Source: the human T2T-CHM13v2.0 reference genome, Homo sapiens. Taken from it: a stretch of DNA of 64,000 bases. Below the pieces are notes generated by a model. The model did no database searches. It worked only from the letters and a program-made list of their open reading frames with translations, and was not told where the DNA came from. The stretch is taken from NCBI RefSeq assembly GCF_009914755.1, contig NC_060941.1; one strand, written 5' to 3'. Below, piece after piece: positions 62,570 to 64,000 of the stretch; positions within the stretch are counted from its first letter, which is position 1; the number at the start of each line of letters is the position of its first letter. The position numbers were made by a program, and so were the translations under genes.

Positions 62570-63118
62570 CTAGTCCTCTTTTTCCATACAGAAAACCACT
62601 TTTTTTTTTTTTTTTTCCTGAGATGGAGTTTCGCTCTTTTGCCCAGGCTGGAGTGAAGTGGTGAAGTGGCACGATCTCAGTTACCGCACCAGGCCCAGAA
62701 AACCACTTTTATATTAAACAGTAAACGCTTTCTTAAAAGATAAATGGTATCAGGTCATATCTTAACTGTTTTTTTCCATTCTCCCTCCCTTAAAGTTTTA
62801 TTATGAAAATCTTCAAATATACAGAAAAGTATATTTGATGATTTCCAAATGCACAAAGTGGAAGACAAGTCATTTTTAAGAGACAAGTGCCCTCTTAAAA
62901 ATTCTTGCATAAGCCCGGGCTTGGTGGCTCACGCCTGTAATCTTCAGCACTTTGGGAGGCTGAGTCAGGCAGATCACTTGAGGTCAAGAGTCAAGACCGC
63001 CTGGCCAATATGGTGAAATCCCATCTCTACTAAAAATACAAAAAAACCATAGCCAGGCCGGGCACGGCGGCTCACGCCTGTAATCCCAGCACTTTGGGAG
63101 GCCGAGGTGGGCGGATCA

Positions 63119-63401
<283 letters not shown>

Positions 63402-64000
63402 CTACTCGGGAGGCTGAGGCAGGAGAATTGGTTGAACCCAGGAGGTGGGGTTACAGTGAGCTGAGATTGTGCCACTGCACTCCAGCCTGGGCCACAAGAG
63501 AGAGATTCCATTTCAAAAACAACAACAACAAAACAAAACACAAAAACCTTGCATAATTATTTGCTGATAATTTACCTACGGTATTATTTACTAATCATCT
63601 TTGATGAGACTTGAACCAGGTAGCCTCTGCTAGGGAGGGTGGGAAGGAAGAAGGCTCTGAGATGATAACCAATGGATGGGGTAAAGGGAAGTCTGTTTAA
63701 TATTTACTTAAAAGTTAATATGGACAACTGAGCAGACACTGCTTGCATCCCTGGAAGGGACTGTGTTGGGACTTATCTAGACCAGGTCTTTATGCAGAAT
63801 AAACAGATGTAAAGTGGGGCCTTTGATTCCACAGGGCTCCCCAAGGGTGCTTCATGGCAAGGTAGATAGAGATTTAAATTTAGTTTGCTGAGTTGGCTCT
63901 ACTGCTCATCTCTACCAAAACAATAGGGACCCTGTTGCATTTATGTTTGTGTATCTTTAAGCCCTAGAGGCCTCTAGCACAAGACTAGGTATTGAAATAT

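Overview
Human (primate), Alu-rich, GC-rich genomic DNA. The gene content matches the chr17q12 CACNB1-RPL19-STAC2 interval. It holds the 5' part of CACNB1 (minus strand, coding exons 1-3), all of RPL19 (plus, 6 exons, 196 aa) and all of STAC2 (minus, 11 exons, 411 aa). Main result: at about 49.6-61.4 kb there is a complete 15-exon, intron-containing TFCP2/TFCP2L1/UBP1 (CP2/LSF-family) transcription factor gene, read exon by exon on the plus strand. It has an intact-looking CCAAT/GC/TATA promoter and a poly(A) signal, but about 10 disabling lesions. It is most plausibly a unitary pseudogene of a fourth, lost vertebrate CP2 ohnolog. Other signals: a 10-codon alternative first exon of CACNB1 in intron 2 with a muscle-type promoter; a stop-interrupted poly-Cys N-terminal extension in frame with STAC2 exon 2; an orphan CpG island with MEF2/TATA, AP-1 and half-CRE sites; a recursive-splice-like junction in RPL19; a nested AluYb8 with target-site duplication; and an Alu-split MER53. 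All paralog comparisons are from remembered sequences, not from a run alignment.
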